A stretch of 64,000 nt of DNA from an uncultured Alphaproteobacteria bacterium (GCA_944392865.1 CALXYD010000001.1:2705-66704), one strand, 5' to 3'; shown: positions 21,535-30,745, counted from the first letter of the stretch. Made by a program: numbers and translations. Notes: generated by a model not told the origin, from the sequence alone.

Positions 21535-21703
21535 GCTTAACGAAAAATGGAAAAATGACTGATAATTTATACAAACATTCTCTGCGTCTGCGCAGATTAT
21601 CTTTGCGACGATGACTTGTCTTCCGCAATGATAAGTTAGTCGCAAGATTTGAGCTTTTTCAAATCTTTTTTTTGTAATCAAATAGCATCGCAGAGATTGA
21701 AAG
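21535..21703 (+). promoter_or_regulatory. Structured 5' leader ending in an intrinsic terminator, immediately upstream of the GNAT gene: candidate riboswitch or attenuator
   Basis: Hairpins TCTGCGtctgCGCAGA (21580-21595) and TTGCGAC..GTCGCAA (21603-21646), then terminator GATTTGagctttttCAAATC plus T8 (21646-21673), 30 nt before the ATG at 21704; a putative -35 TTGACA lies at 21500. Confidence 0.45.
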
Positions 21704-22474
21704 ATGAATAAAAAACATTTAACCGTAAAAAAATTAGATATATCCAACTTGCCCGACGTAATGAACTTGCAACAGAAAATCATCAGCGGCCTGCACCCTG
21801 ACGAACAGCATTTTATCTTGCACCGGACAGAGGAAGATTACCTCAAATCATTAAACGGCAAAAGTTCCAATATGTTAGGCGTTTTTGACGGCGAAGAACT
21901 GATAGCCCAAACCGTTTACGTTATGCCGCATAACGGCGAACTTCGGGACATGCCGGAATTTCGCCCGGATATTCCCAATCAGGATATTGTCATATATGAA
22001 GCCATCTTGGTTGACCCTGCCTATCGGGGCTCCAGCCTGATGAAAAGGATGTTGGAATATATTGAAAACCATGCTCTGGATAACGGCAGAAAACATTCTA
22101 TGATTCAAATTGCCATTGATAATCCGGCAAGTTGGATAAACGCCCTACATCACGGCATGGCCATTACCAAGGTTGACTATGACCCCAATGACGGCGTCAA
22201 AGTTCTGTACCTGGAAAAAAGAATAACCCACCAGACGACTCCAACACTTAAACAAGACAACAAGAAAACATACAGCTTACATCTTGGCGAAAATATTCAC
22301 ACCCAAATTCCGGCGCTGTTTAACAAAATGCAATACCTTATCCGAAACGGCTACCACGGTGTCTGCCTGGATAAAGAAACGCAAAGTCTGATTTGGCAAC
22401 AACAAGACACCTCGCGGACAAACATTCTGGATTTTCGCAATATAATGCAATATAAAAAAGTAAGCTCGCTTTAG
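21704..22474 (+). CDS. GNAT family N-acetyltransferase
   Basis: Acetyl-CoA site motif YRGSSLMKRMLEYIE; 256 aa. Confidence 0.7.
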   Translation: MNKKHLTVKKLDISNLPDVMNLQQKIISGLHPDEQHFILHRTEEDYLKSLNGKSSNMLGVFDGEELIAQTVYVMPHNGELRDMPEFRPDIPNQDIVIYEAILVDPAYRGSSLMKRMLEYIENHALDNGRKHSMIQIAIDNPASWINALHHGMAITKVDYDPNDGVKVLYLEKRITHQTTPTLKQDNKKTYSLHLGENIHTQIPALFNKMQYLIRNGYHGVCLDKETQSLIWQQQDTSRTNILDFRNIMQYKKVSSL

Positions 22475-22481
22475 ACCGATT

Positions 22482-23342
22482 TTATGAAGGCGCAGCCTCA
22501 CCGAGATAATACCACTCCGTTCCAATCTCCGCATCAAGATTCGGCAATAAAATATAACCGTCATTCGGAGCGTATAATTTTTCCCCGTCATCATAAACGG
22601 CTATTGTTTCACCCTGCTGAACACAGTCTAAATGCTTATAATCACGGCAAAGACGCCCCTCTTTCTCTTTAATAACATAACATTCCATCTTAATATGCTG
22701 TTTGGGATATGCTCTTATCGCGTCTTTCTCAATCATATCAAAAACCGCTAAAGTGCTGACAATCGCCTGGTAAGCAATTTCAGCCGCTTCCGGCGCTTTA
22801 TGATAACCACACTCCAGAGTCGTTGCCGTATTACCGTAATTATGCGCGCAATGTTCCGTAGAATAATCTTGTATAGCTCCTTGTTGCTTATAAATATCCG
22901 GCCACCCCTCCAGAATATACCCGACATCAAGCCCGGCAATCAATTTCTTATTATATTCATCCGGATAATCGCAAAAGGCAAACGGAACATCGCCTTGGCA
23001 ATGCGTTGAATGTAAATCTAATACTATACGGTGGCTTTTTATCAAGGGACAAATCTCATTAGCCAGTTTCTGTTCGTATGTCAGCGGATTTTTATGCTCC
23101 GTCATCACCCGGTTCAGATTCTCCTCCACACTGCGGACATCACGTCGATACGCTTCGGGATTACATATCGGAACCAACGTCAAAACACCTTCTTTTAGCA
23201 CAATTTTTCCCTGGTTTAATTCTTCAATAATCCGTTGACAAGCCTTTGTCCCTGCCGTTTCATTGCCATGCACGGCCGCCAAAACCAATAAACGCATACC
23301 TTCTTTAGCCGTCTTAAATTCATATTTTTCAATCATCGTCAA
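22482..23342 (-). CDS. Succinylglutamate desuccinylase/aspartoacylase family zinc hydrolase (AstE/AspA)
   Basis: LVLAAVHGNETAG zinc-binding motif and a downstream DLHS motif; 286 aa. Confidence 0.75.
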   Translation of the reverse strand: MTMIEKYEFKTAKEGMRLLVLAAVHGNETAGTKACQRIIEELNQGKIVLKEGVLTLVPICNPEAYRRDVRSVEENLNRVMTEHKNPLTYEQKLANEICPLIKSHRIVLDLHSTHCQGDVPFAFCDYPDEYNKKLIAGLDVGYILEGWPDIYKQQGAIQDYSTEHCAHNYGNTATTLECGYHKAPEAAEIAYQAIVSTLAVFDMIEKDAIRAYPKQHIKMECYVIKEKEGRLCRDYKHLDCVQQGETIAVYDDGEKLYAPNDGYILLPNLDAEIGTEWYYLGEAAPS

Positions 23343-23350
23343 CCCCGCTT

Positions 23351-23713
23351 TTAATCAAGAACTTCTATGAATTTTTTATACCTTTCCGCAAATTTTTCTT
23401 CATACTTGCCGGCAATTTCCACCATTGACTTCTGTTCCTTAAATCGCTTCAACAACGTATCGTCTGTCTTTACCGTTAAAATCTCCGCAGCCGCATCATA
23501 ATCAAGATACAAACGAATAAGCTGCGCTTTTAACGGGAACGCCATAATTTCATCATAATAGTTCTTCGCCAGCTTAAACCGCACCGCAATATCCGCCGAT
23601 TCGCCCGCCAGACAACGAGCAACCGTCGTTTGCCGGATAAACTCCATCATCAAAATCGGAGAAAAAGGTATTTCAACTGCACTGTCACTCATTTTTTCTG
23701 CCTTTTTTCGCAC
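23351..23713 (-). CDS. Hypothetical protein
   Basis: 120-aa ORF tightly linked (8-nt gap) upstream of the AstE/AspA-like gene on the same strand. Confidence 0.4.
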   Translation of the reverse strand: MRKKAEKMSDSAVEIPFSPILMMEFIRQTTVARCLAGESADIAVRFKLAKNYYDEIMAFPLKAQLIRLYLDYDAAAEILTVKTDDTLLKRFKEQKSMVEIAGKYEEKFAERYKKFIEVLD

Positions 23714-23848
23714 ACGAAATTCTAAACAATAAAGTTATAAATCAATCCTCCGATATACACAATAAGAAATTTTGCGAACTCCCCGCCTTTCCTTCCATCA
23801 AAAAAGGAGTAACACAAAAAATGCTACTCCTTAAAACAAGCTCAAAAA

Positions 23849-24973
23849 TTATTTATGTAAATTTTCCTTAAAGAACTTCTCCATTTTATCAAACGGTATA
23901 ACATCCGTCTTATAATACAAATCCGTATGATTTGCATTCGGCACAATCAGCAATTCCTTATTATCGCCTGTTAGTTTCTTAAACGCATCTTCCGAAAAAT
24001 AACGGCTATGCGCATTTTCGCCGTGAATCATCAACACCGGATTCTTTATCGTATAGCTATATGCCAAAATCGGCTGTGTAATCAGCGATAAAGCGGATGT
24101 GGCATTCCATGCGCCGTTAGAGCCGATGGAGCGCTTATGAAATCCCAGAGGAGTTTTGTAAAAATTAACATAATCTTTAACAAACTGAGGTTCATCGCCG
24201 TTTATTTTATCCGGCAACGGCGCAGCCTTGGCGTATGTTCCGCTCTTAACATCCTTTGTCCGCTGATTATTCAGTTCTTCGCGCATTTTATATAAATCTT
24301 CGTCTGACATCGAGTCATTATAGCCATGTGCCGAAACACGCGTCATATCATACATCGTAGATGTTACTGTTGCCTTTATGCGTGTATCCTGCGCGGCAGC
24401 GTTCAAACCGAAACCACCGAAACCGCAAATACCAATAATACCAATTGCATCAGCATTAACTTCCGGCAGAGTCGTCAAATAGTCAACAGCTGCGCTGAAA
24501 TCTTCAGTATTGATATCCGGCGAAGCCACATCACGAACATTTCCGCCGCTCTCCCCCGTAAAAGACGGATCAAACGCCAGCGTCACAAAACCGCGTTCCG
24601 CCAATGTCTGCGCATATAAGCCGGAAACCTGCTCTTTAACTGCGCCGAACGGTCCCGCAACCGCAATCGCCGGCAATGGCTCGTTTCCTCTGTTTTTAGG
24701 CAAATATAAATCACCCGTCAACGGTATACCAAAACGATTCTTAAATACGACTTTGTGCGTATCCACTTTATCGCTTTTCTTAAAAACTTTATCCCATTCT
24801 TGCGTCAAAACAGGCTGTCCCTCATTATTTACAGCCTGACTTTGCGCACTTTTGCCGCCTTTATTCGGACAGAAAAAATAAATTGCCGCTATCGTCAACA
24901 AAGCGCCAATAACGGCAGAACTTAAAATCGCAATCATTTTCATATATCCCTCGCTTTCAGTTATACTCATCAT
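23849..24973 (-). CDS. Membrane-anchored alpha/beta-hydrolase fold protein
   Basis: N-terminal TM MKMIAILSSAVIGALLTIAAIYFF; hydrolase-fold segments; 374 aa. Confidence 0.55.
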   Translation of the reverse strand: MMSITESEGYMKMIAILSSAVIGALLTIAAIYFFCPNKGGKSAQSQAVNNEGQPVLTQEWDKVFKKSDKVDTHKVVFKNRFGIPLTGDLYLPKNRGNEPLPAIAVAGPFGAVKEQVSGLYAQTLAERGFVTLAFDPSFTGESGGNVRDVASPDINTEDFSAAVDYLTTLPEVNADAIGIIGICGFGGFGLNAAAQDTRIKATVTSTMYDMTRVSAHGYNDSMSDEDLYKMREELNNQRTKDVKSGTYAKAAPLPDKINGDEPQFVKDYVNFYKTPLGFHKRSIGSNGAWNATSALSLITQPILAYSYTIKNPVLMIHGENAHSRYFSEDAFKKLTGDNKELLIVPNANHTDLYYKTDVIPFDKMEKFFKENLHK

Positions 24974-25028
24974 ATATGCTTATAAATTTTAGAGCATACT
25001 CTAAGTCAAGCGATTTTTACAAAAAAAA

Positions 25029-25637
25029 TTATTCCTCAGCCGCCAAAACGCTCTGCACATCTTCGCAAATTGTTTTCCGGTTAAAAACAATACCTTGCAT
25101 ACCGGCTTTTTTCGCCGCCGCAATATTTTCCACCTTATCGTCAACCATCAACACCGTTCGCGGCACAGCTCCAAGCTCACGCAAAACCGTCTTAAAAATT
25201 TCCACATCCGGTTTTAACAAACCCAGTTTATACAAAACAAAGGCTTTATCCGGCGCCACTAACCTCGCCGCCGTATCACACAGATTCGGCAACGCATTGG
25301 AAAGCAGGCAAATCTCAACACCCCATCCGCGCAAATCATCCATTACCGCCAAAGTTTCTTCAAAAAACGCCCCTACGCCTTTATGCATAGCTTCATCAAT
25401 GGCCCTTGCCACTTGCGCCGAATAATCAACCCCGCAATGCCGGCACAAATCTTCGCAAAACGCTTCAAAAGTTCTTTGCCCTTTCATAAAAGGCTTATAA
25501 TCAAACGCAAAAACACCGCCTCTTTCCGCAAAAACTTTTTTATCCGCCGCCAAATCTTTAAGACAGCTGTTCAACGGCGCCAACGTATATGGATAGCACA
25601 CCTGCCCTACGTCAAAAATCACAAACTTCACTGCCAT
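25029..25637 (-). CDS. HAD-superfamily hydrolase
   Basis: IFDVGQVCY is HAD motif I and MVDDKVEN is motif IV; 202 aa. Confidence 0.7.
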   Translation of the reverse strand: MAVKFVIFDVGQVCYPYTLAPLNSCLKDLAADKKVFAERGGVFAFDYKPFMKGQRTFEAFCEDLCRHCGVDYSAQVARAIDEAMHKGVGAFFEETLAVMDDLRGWGVEICLLSNALPNLCDTAARLVAPDKAFVLYKLGLLKPDVEIFKTVLRELGAVPRTVLMVDDKVENIAAAKKAGMQGIVFNRKTICEDVQSVLAAEE

Positions 25638-25694
25638 CGCCTAATTCTACCCTTCTTCCGCCCACAATCACCATGCAACTATTCCTTTAATATT

Positions 25695-25727
25695 GTACTA
25701 CCCAAGTTTGTCAAGCAGCAAAATTGA
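25695..25727. repeat. 33-bp direct repeat, copy 1 (tgtactaCCCAAGTTTGTCAAGCAGCAAAATTG); also promoter-like on the minus strand (TTGACA-16-TATTAA) for the HAD gene
   Basis: Near-identical to 27475-27507; the sequence diverges immediately outside the repeat. Confidence 0.7.
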
Positions 25728-25809
25728 GAGTTTTGAAATAAAAAGGGAATTTTTATAAAAAACATAATATTTAAGTTATTTAGTCCGCACACACAAGGCT
25801 TCCCCTGAT

Positions 25810-26400
25810 ATAGCTTCTCTTATTTTACATAGAGGCTATGGATATCATTTTCGGCAATGGTTATTTGAAGATAATCCACAACCCTATAATAGTTGGGGAA
25901 ATGGTGCTGCAATGAGAGTTAGCCCATGCGGATTTTGGGCAAAAAATTTACAGGAAGCAGAAGATTTGGCAATTGCGGTTACAAAGGTTTCTCATAATCA
26001 TGAAGAAGGAATCAAAGGAGCTGTTGTTGCCGCCGGATGTACTTTTTTAGCCAAAGACGGACATTCTAAAGATTGTATAAGGGATTATGCAAATAAATTC
26101 TATGATGTTAATTTTTACCTTGATGACATTAGGGATAGTTATAAATTTGATGTTTCCTGTCAAGGTAGCGTACCTCAAGCAATTGTTGCCTTTTTGGAAG
26201 CAAAAGATTTTGAAGATGCCATTCGCGGTGCTGTTTCAATTGGTGGAGATAGTGACACGATAGCAGCCATTACCGGTGGTATTGCAGAAGCTTATTATGG
26301 GATTCCCGAGGAAATAAAAAACGAAACATTGCAATACCTTCCGAATGTCTACAAAGAAATATTGCAGTTATTTTATAATAAAATTGAGAACAGAATATAA
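25810..26400 (+). pseudogene. ADP-ribosylglycohydrolase family gene, 5'-truncated remnant (C-terminal ~195 codons only)
   Basis: The open frame from 25810 reads ...NSWGNGAAMRVSPCG..., the conserved NGxxMR motif, and GGDSDTIAAITGGIAEAYYG, the C-terminal DSDT metal-binding motif; the N-terminal ~150 aa of the family are missing and the frame is closed by a stop at 25807-25809, next to the 33-bp repeat. Confidence 0.65.
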
Positions 26401-26489
26401 CTTATTTTGAAATTGGTTAATCATCTCTTTACGAGCTTTTCATATACTTTACGGGGTTCTTTCATTGATTGCTTTAACAATCTTAAAGC

Positions 26490-26720
26490 TTCCGAGGTTA
26501 GAATTGCTTTCTTTTGTTTTTTCTTTGATGCAAACAGGAAGCAACTTTTTTGCCTTTTCGGATTTTCAAAGACAAACGCATCACGTCAAATGCCGTTGCA
26601 AGCAGCCCCTCGCCCCCAACAACCACTAAACGAGCTTTGGAATTCACCCGTTTAATTTGCCGAAATACACACATAGATTTTAATCAAGCACTTATTAAAA
26701 AATTTACATCCTTGCCAGAC
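26490..26720 (-). pseudogene. Remnant of a YdcF/DUF218-family gene (paralog of 31062..31943)
   Basis: The minus-strand translation ...NSKARLVVVGGEGLLATAFDVMR... matches EARLAVVGGEGLLATAFAVMRF of the intact gene; nucleotide similarity ~70% over ~200 bp; no complete ORF. The track ORFs 26407..26655 (+) and 26550..27155 (+) are, in this part, antisense artefacts of this remnant. Confidence 0.55.
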
Positions 26721-26722
26721 AA

Positions 26723-27155
26723 TGAAAAAATATTGACAATCGCAAGTCCTCTCCCTATAAAAGAAACACAAAATCTATTATTAACCAAGACCCTTGCAAA
26801 AAGGTGCAAGTATTTAAAAATTATGAAAATATTATTAGAGAAATTGTGGAACAAATGGGAAAACAAAGACAAAAAGTTTTTCATAAAACTGTATCGGAGC
26901 ATTCAATTAGCCACACTAATGCTTACCGTCGGACTCTGGTATTTTTTGGATTGGAAATACGGTCTTATCGGTTTGGCGTGGCTATTTAATAATGCCTATA
27001 CATATGAAACGGGCAGCACGGAAATCTGCATTGATGAATATGAAACCGGTTACCCCTGTTTTGGTATATTCAAACTTCTCCGAAGTTGGTGTACTTTTAT
27101 CCCTCTGGCCTGTCTGGCAGCCCTGATTATCTTTATTTTTTCTTTACTTCCTTAA
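26723..27155 (+). CDS. Small hypothetical membrane protein (2 predicted TM)
   Basis: ATG at 26723 (MKKILTIASPLPIKE...) with hydrophobic stretches LATLMLTVGLWYFL and FIPLACLAALIIFIF; weak support. Confidence 0.3.
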
Positions 27156-27196
27156 CGAAAAAAAGCGGCACAACAGCCGCTTTTGTTTATCTAAAC

Positions 27197-27273
27197 TGGT
27201 AGGTGTGACAAGACTTGAACTTGTGACCTCTACGATGTGAACGTAGCGCTCTAACCATCTGAGCTACACACCC
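27197..27273 (-). tRNA. tRNA-Val (anticodon CAC), 77 nt with encoded CCA
   Basis: Hand-folded cloverleaf: acceptor GGGTGTG/CACACCT, D-stem GCTC/GAGC, anticodon stem CTACG/CGTAG with loop TTCACAT, T-stem ACAAG/CTTGT with loop TTCAAGT, discriminator A, CCA. Confidence 0.85.
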
Positions 27274-27474
27274 ATAGCCAGAATATTATAGAAACTATCT
27301 GTTTCTATACAAGAACAATTTGTTTTATAAACAGCTCTGCGTAAAAATTCAACTGTTTTTTTATCTCATATGCAAAATTTCCTTACCGTCCCGCCTGATA
27401 ACGGCTCATATTTTGTTTAAATTTATCTTCTGACTGCTCTTTTTGCCTTTGGCAATACTGCATAAACTTTTGTA

Positions 27475-27507
27475 CTGCCCCAAGTTTGTCAAGCAGCAAA
27501 ATTGGGG
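27475..27507. repeat. 33-bp direct repeat, copy 2; includes the palindrome CTGCCCC..GGGGCAG
   Basis: tgtactgCCCCAAGTTTGTCAAGCAGCAAAATTG matches 25695-25727; it overlaps the 3' end of gene 27489..27824. Confidence 0.7.
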
Positions 27508-27824
27508 CAGCACATTATAACAAACATTCTCTTTTTTTCGGATAGTAGTCCATTCGGCTGATAATAACGCCCTGCCTCCATAAGGTCAAGCATTTCAATA
27601 TTTTTCTTTCTATGCTCTGCTGATACAATATCTTTATTAACTCTATTTATTGCCGTAGAAAGGAAAGCCATCGCATACAGCCTTCGCCCGGCGCGATAAT
27701 TCTTTGGATCCGAAAAATAATCCTCTCTGCCGGAAATTTCCTGGCACATCTTCACAGCCTCGCTAAAGACCGGCAGCAAACAATCTTCCATCATTTTAAA
27801 AGCATTATCTCTATCCTTCATCAC
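27489..27824 (-). CDS. Hypothetical protein, family A (paralog of 32491..33210, shared ~110-aa N-domain)
   Basis: MMKDRDNAFKMMEDCLLPVFSEAVKMCQEISGREDYF...RRLYAMAFLSTAINRVNKD...KKNIEMLDL aligns with MSQNELSKDPFKIMEHNLLPVFKEAVAVTKEISHNPNYF...RLLYAMSMVSLAMNSLNDN...KKNIEKMDL. Confidence 0.55.
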   Translation of the reverse strand: MMKDRDNAFKMMEDCLLPVFSEAVKMCQEISGREDYFSDPKNYRAGRRLYAMAFLSTAINRVNKDIVSAEHRKKNIEMLDLMEAGRYYQPNGLLSEKKRMFVIMCCPNFAA

Positions 27825-27896
27825 TTATCTCCTGCCTCTAAACATTTTACTATAAAGCCATACCCGGCAGTAACATTCTTCATTATAAACATTCCT

Positions 27897-29681
27897 CTAA
27901 TTTTTAACATTCAATAATGGACTAAGCTCCTCAATTTGTTCTGCCGAAAAAGCGCTTTTTCTGTCTTCTTCTCTCCAATAGACAGCACCTCCCCCGTGAA
28001 TTGTAGGTTTGACATGGGGATTATATTTAAATGCCTTTCCTAACATATAATCGTATGCTCTTAAACCTTTTGTATCCTGCAAAGAAACATCGGCACCTTG
28101 CTGAATAAGATATTTAGCAACATCAAACTGTCCCTCTTGCATAGCATACATCAAAGCTGTACGTTTGCCGTAAGTAATACATAAATAATCATAATACTCC
28201 AAGCATTCCACATCCAAAGTCTGACGGTTAATATCCGCCCCGTTGGCCAATAACAACTTGACGCTATCTAAATAACCACATTGAGCCGCCAGCATTAAAG
28301 GCGTTTTACCAAACCAATTGGGAGTATCAATGTCAAAATCTTTATCCGCAATCTTACCCTCGCGGATAATTGCTGACAAATTATCCGGATATGCAATACT
28401 AAGTCCAAGCAACTCTGCATAATTCTTTATCTCTTTATGAGTTTGCTTTATTTTATCCCAAGATTGTCCGGTCAACAGCATATAATATAAATTATCCGGT
28501 TTTACCAATTCCCAGTCATCCATAGAAGGAATTTTTAATGTGGCTAATGCGGTATTATAAGCTTGCTCTTTAGTAACGCCAAAATTGGCCATATAATGCT
28601 TGATTAACTCATCCAAGGCTTTCTTATACCCAATGCCATAATTAAGGACTTCATTATATTTGCTAAAATTGTAATATGATAACACCGACCATTCCGTATA
28701 TGGAAAAATATCCCATCTGGCTTGAGGCTCTAAATCAAACTTCGGAAAATATTGCGATATCAGCGAATTATAAACAGATCTGGCATAATAAAGAAACCGA
28801 ATGGAACCGCTGGAACTGGGTAGGCTTTCCTGAAACAACATCTCTGTATAATCTTCTAAATCATCGTTATACGCGTATTTATCATATAACAGACAATCAG
28901 AAATCATAAAACTTTGCGCACCATGCCCACCGCCGGCTACGTCAAAATAGGCAACCATGTCATACTTTTGGGCAACTTCGCACGGAATATAGATATCAAC
29001 ATCTTCCTCCCAACTACGCCAATGCGGAATAATCTTTAACAAACATTTCAAGTCCGCATAACAGGCTTGATAATCCGAACCGATAGCCTCAGCATATTCC
29101 TCTTGCCGCCAACTGGCTTGCCACTTCCCTGATGTAAAATATGCCAGTTGTTCGTCATGGTTTACTTTAGCAATATCTTTATATAAATCGGTAGCAACTT
29201 TTTCAGGCTGGTAAATCTGCCACAGAACCATAAGCTGAAAATTATCCACCCAACTCCGATTATCTAAATTCTCCAAATATTTAATACTCCCCAAAGGGTC
29301 AAATCGCACTCCGTATAAAGGAGAAAATTTAATATTACGGGAAAAAGTATCATGTGGAAATTCAGCAATAAAATCATGTAAATAGGAAAGCTTATAGGCA
29401 TCATTGAACGAACTGTTTATGGTTGTTTCTATAATATTATTAAACTTGGGCAGCTGCTCTTTAACATATTTATCATCCTCAATAGATTTAACTTTTTGCT
29501 GATAAGCCTCAAATAATTGATGATTTTTAAGATACGCCTCCACTCCTTCGGCATAAGCATTACAAACACATCCCAACACACTCAATAAACTCATCACACC
29601 GATACGTATATTCATCTGAACATCCTCAATAATTGCAGTTCTCAATGTAAATAGCATACACATTTTACAATCGGTTGTCAA
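27897..29681 (-). CDS. Secreted ankyrin-repeat protein with a novel ~430-aa N-terminal domain (the likely start is the internal Met at 29615 preceding the signal peptide)
   Basis: Signal peptide MNIRIGVMSLLSVLGCVCNAYA; C-terminal ankyrin repeats GKTPLMLAAQCGYLDSVKLLLANGADINRQ and GKRTALMYAMQEGQFDVAKYLIQQGADVSLQDTKG. Confidence 0.75.
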   Translation of the reverse strand: MTTDCKMCMLFTLRTAIIEDVQMNIRIGVMSLLSVLGCVCNAYAEGVEAYLKNHQLFEAYQQKVKSIEDDKYVKEQLPKFNNIIETTINSSFNDAYKLSYLHDFIAEFPHDTFSRNIKFSPLYGVRFDPLGSIKYLENLDNRSWVDNFQLMVLWQIYQPEKVATDLYKDIAKVNHDEQLAYFTSGKWQASWRQEEYAEAIGSDYQACYADLKCLLKIIPHWRSWEEDVDIYIPCEVAQKYDMVAYFDVAGGGHGAQSFMISDCLLYDKYAYNDDLEDYTEMLFQESLPSSSGSIRFLYYARSVYNSLISQYFPKFDLEPQARWDIFPYTEWSVLSYYNFSKYNEVLNYGIGYKKALDELIKHYMANFGVTKEQAYNTALATLKIPSMDDWELVKPDNLYYMLLTGQSWDKIKQTHKEIKNYAELLGLSIAYPDNLSAIIREGKIADKDFDIDTPNWFGKTPLMLAAQCGYLDSVKLLLANGADINRQTLDVECLEYYDYLCITYGKRTALMYAMQEGQFDVAKYLIQQGADVSLQDTKGLRAYDYMLGKAFKYNPHVKPTIHGGGAVYWREEDRKSAFSAEQIEELSPLLNVKN

Positions 29682-29724
29682 TAAGCGCGTATTACCTTAT
29701 AAAATAAACAAAACGGCCAAAAAC

Positions 29725-29790
29725 AAAAAAAGCAGCCGTTTTACCGACTGCCGCTTGCATTGGTAATGCTTGCCCCGCGATTTACGAACT
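29725..29790 (-). repeat. Degenerate att-like repeat, copy 1 (core ATTACCA plus terminator hairpin)
   Basis: Minus strand: ttcgtaaatcgcggggcaagcATTACCAatgcaaGCGGCAGTCGGTAAAACGGCTGCttttttt; homologous to the region immediately 3' of tRNA-Glu. Confidence 0.6.
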
Positions 29791-29887
29791 GAAATATGTT
29801 GAATTTTATATTTTTTCATGTTAAAGATAACTTACGAAACATATTATTAACTAAACCCCATCGAAAAGGCGATGGTTATATTTATGT

Positions 29888-30472
29888 ATGAATATAGAAG
29901 AAAAAATTGAACAATGGAAAAATGAGCATTTTACCTCATTACGTGAGCTCAATCCGGTTACAAAGAAAAATTATCAGGCAATTGTCAGAATGTTGCTTGA
30001 AAAAGAGCAAATGTCCAAAGAGAGACTTATTCAACTGGCGCATCGTATTAAACCTTTGATGTATCCCAAAGGCGAAAGTGCGCTGCCATATAAGTTATAC
30101 TGGACTAAGCCGGTGCCTCTTACTCAAAGTTTTTACTTCAATTTTGATGATGCCTCTGTAGTTCAAAACGAAGAAGGTGAGATATTAGAGGTTAATGATT
30201 TGGTAAAAATCTGCGAGTTTACATGCTATCATCGTTATGGTGGATATTATGGTTGCTTGCGTCCTGGTATGGATGAGATCATACAGCAATTCCCTGAATA
30301 TCTGTTAACAGATGAAAAAACGGAATATGCCGTTGAAGTGATTTTCCCGTCTCTGAATTTGCACGATGTCTATGATTCCGTTATAGATAGGCACGTATCA
30401 ACAGTAAGAGTGTATCAGCTAAAAAACGGCTTGCCGCTGGAACTTCGCAATCAAGAAGTCATTTATGATTAG
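29888..30472 (+). CDS. Hypothetical protein
   Basis: 194-aa ORF with a ribosome-binding-site-like sequence upstream; no recognisable motif. Confidence 0.45.
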   Translation: MNIEEKIEQWKNEHFTSLRELNPVTKKNYQAIVRMLLEKEQMSKERLIQLAHRIKPLMYPKGESALPYKLYWTKPVPLTQSFYFNFDDASVVQNEEGEILEVNDLVKICEFTCYHRYGGYYGCLRPGMDEIIQQFPEYLLTDEKTEYAVEVIFPSLNLHDVYDSVIDRHVSTVRVYQLKNGLPLELRNQEVIYD

Positions 30473-30662
30473 TAACTTTAGTTCTTCAATTGGGAAACCA
30501 ACTGAAGAACTTTTTTTATTAAATTCTTTCGCAAAAAATTATCCTGATTCAATAACCTCAAAATTAAATAATATATTGAAAAACAAAGGATTACCATCAA
30601 ACGAGTTCGGAAAATTCTCCCAAAATGCAATTTTCAAAAAACAAACATTCGAACTCGGTTAA
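30465..30662 (+). CDS. Doubtful small ORF (65 aa); its 3' third is encoded by the att-like repeat flank
   Basis: The ORF overlaps repeat copy 2 (30603-30745), so it may be fortuitous. Confidence 0.15.
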   Translation: MISNFSSSIGKPTEELFLLNSFAKNYPDSITSKLNNILKNKGLPSNEFGKFSQNAIFKKQTFELG

Positions 30663-30745
30663 ACGTTTGATTTATAAAAGAAAAACGGCAGTTTTTATAC
30701 CTGCCGCTTGCATTGGTGATGCTAACCTCACAACTTACGAATAAA
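30603..30745 (-). repeat. Degenerate att-like repeat, copy 2 (flank, terminator hairpin CGGCAG..CTGCCG, core ATCACCA, 21-nt arm)
   Basis: Minus strand: ttcgtaagttgtgaggttagcATCACCAatgcaaGCGGCAGgtataaaaaCTGCCGttttt, then a flank similar to gttcggacaaattg...aaacatccgaac. Confidence 0.65.

Noticed and set aside
24990-25012. 12-mer ctctaagtcaag shared between 24997-25008 and 48295-48306, extended to ~20 of 23 nt
   Set aside because: Exact 12-mer coincidences are expected by chance many times in 64 kb. No extended similarity or structural context supports a functional repeat.
26407-26720. Track ORFs 26407..26655 (+) and the 5' part of 26550..27155 (+), whose translation resembles that of ORF 31552..31797
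   Set aside because: The similarity is at the nucleotide level and lies antisense to a YdcF/DUF218 remnant. The minus strand translates to the conserved ...VVGGEGLLATAF... block, so the plus-strand ORFs are artefacts of a pseudogene.
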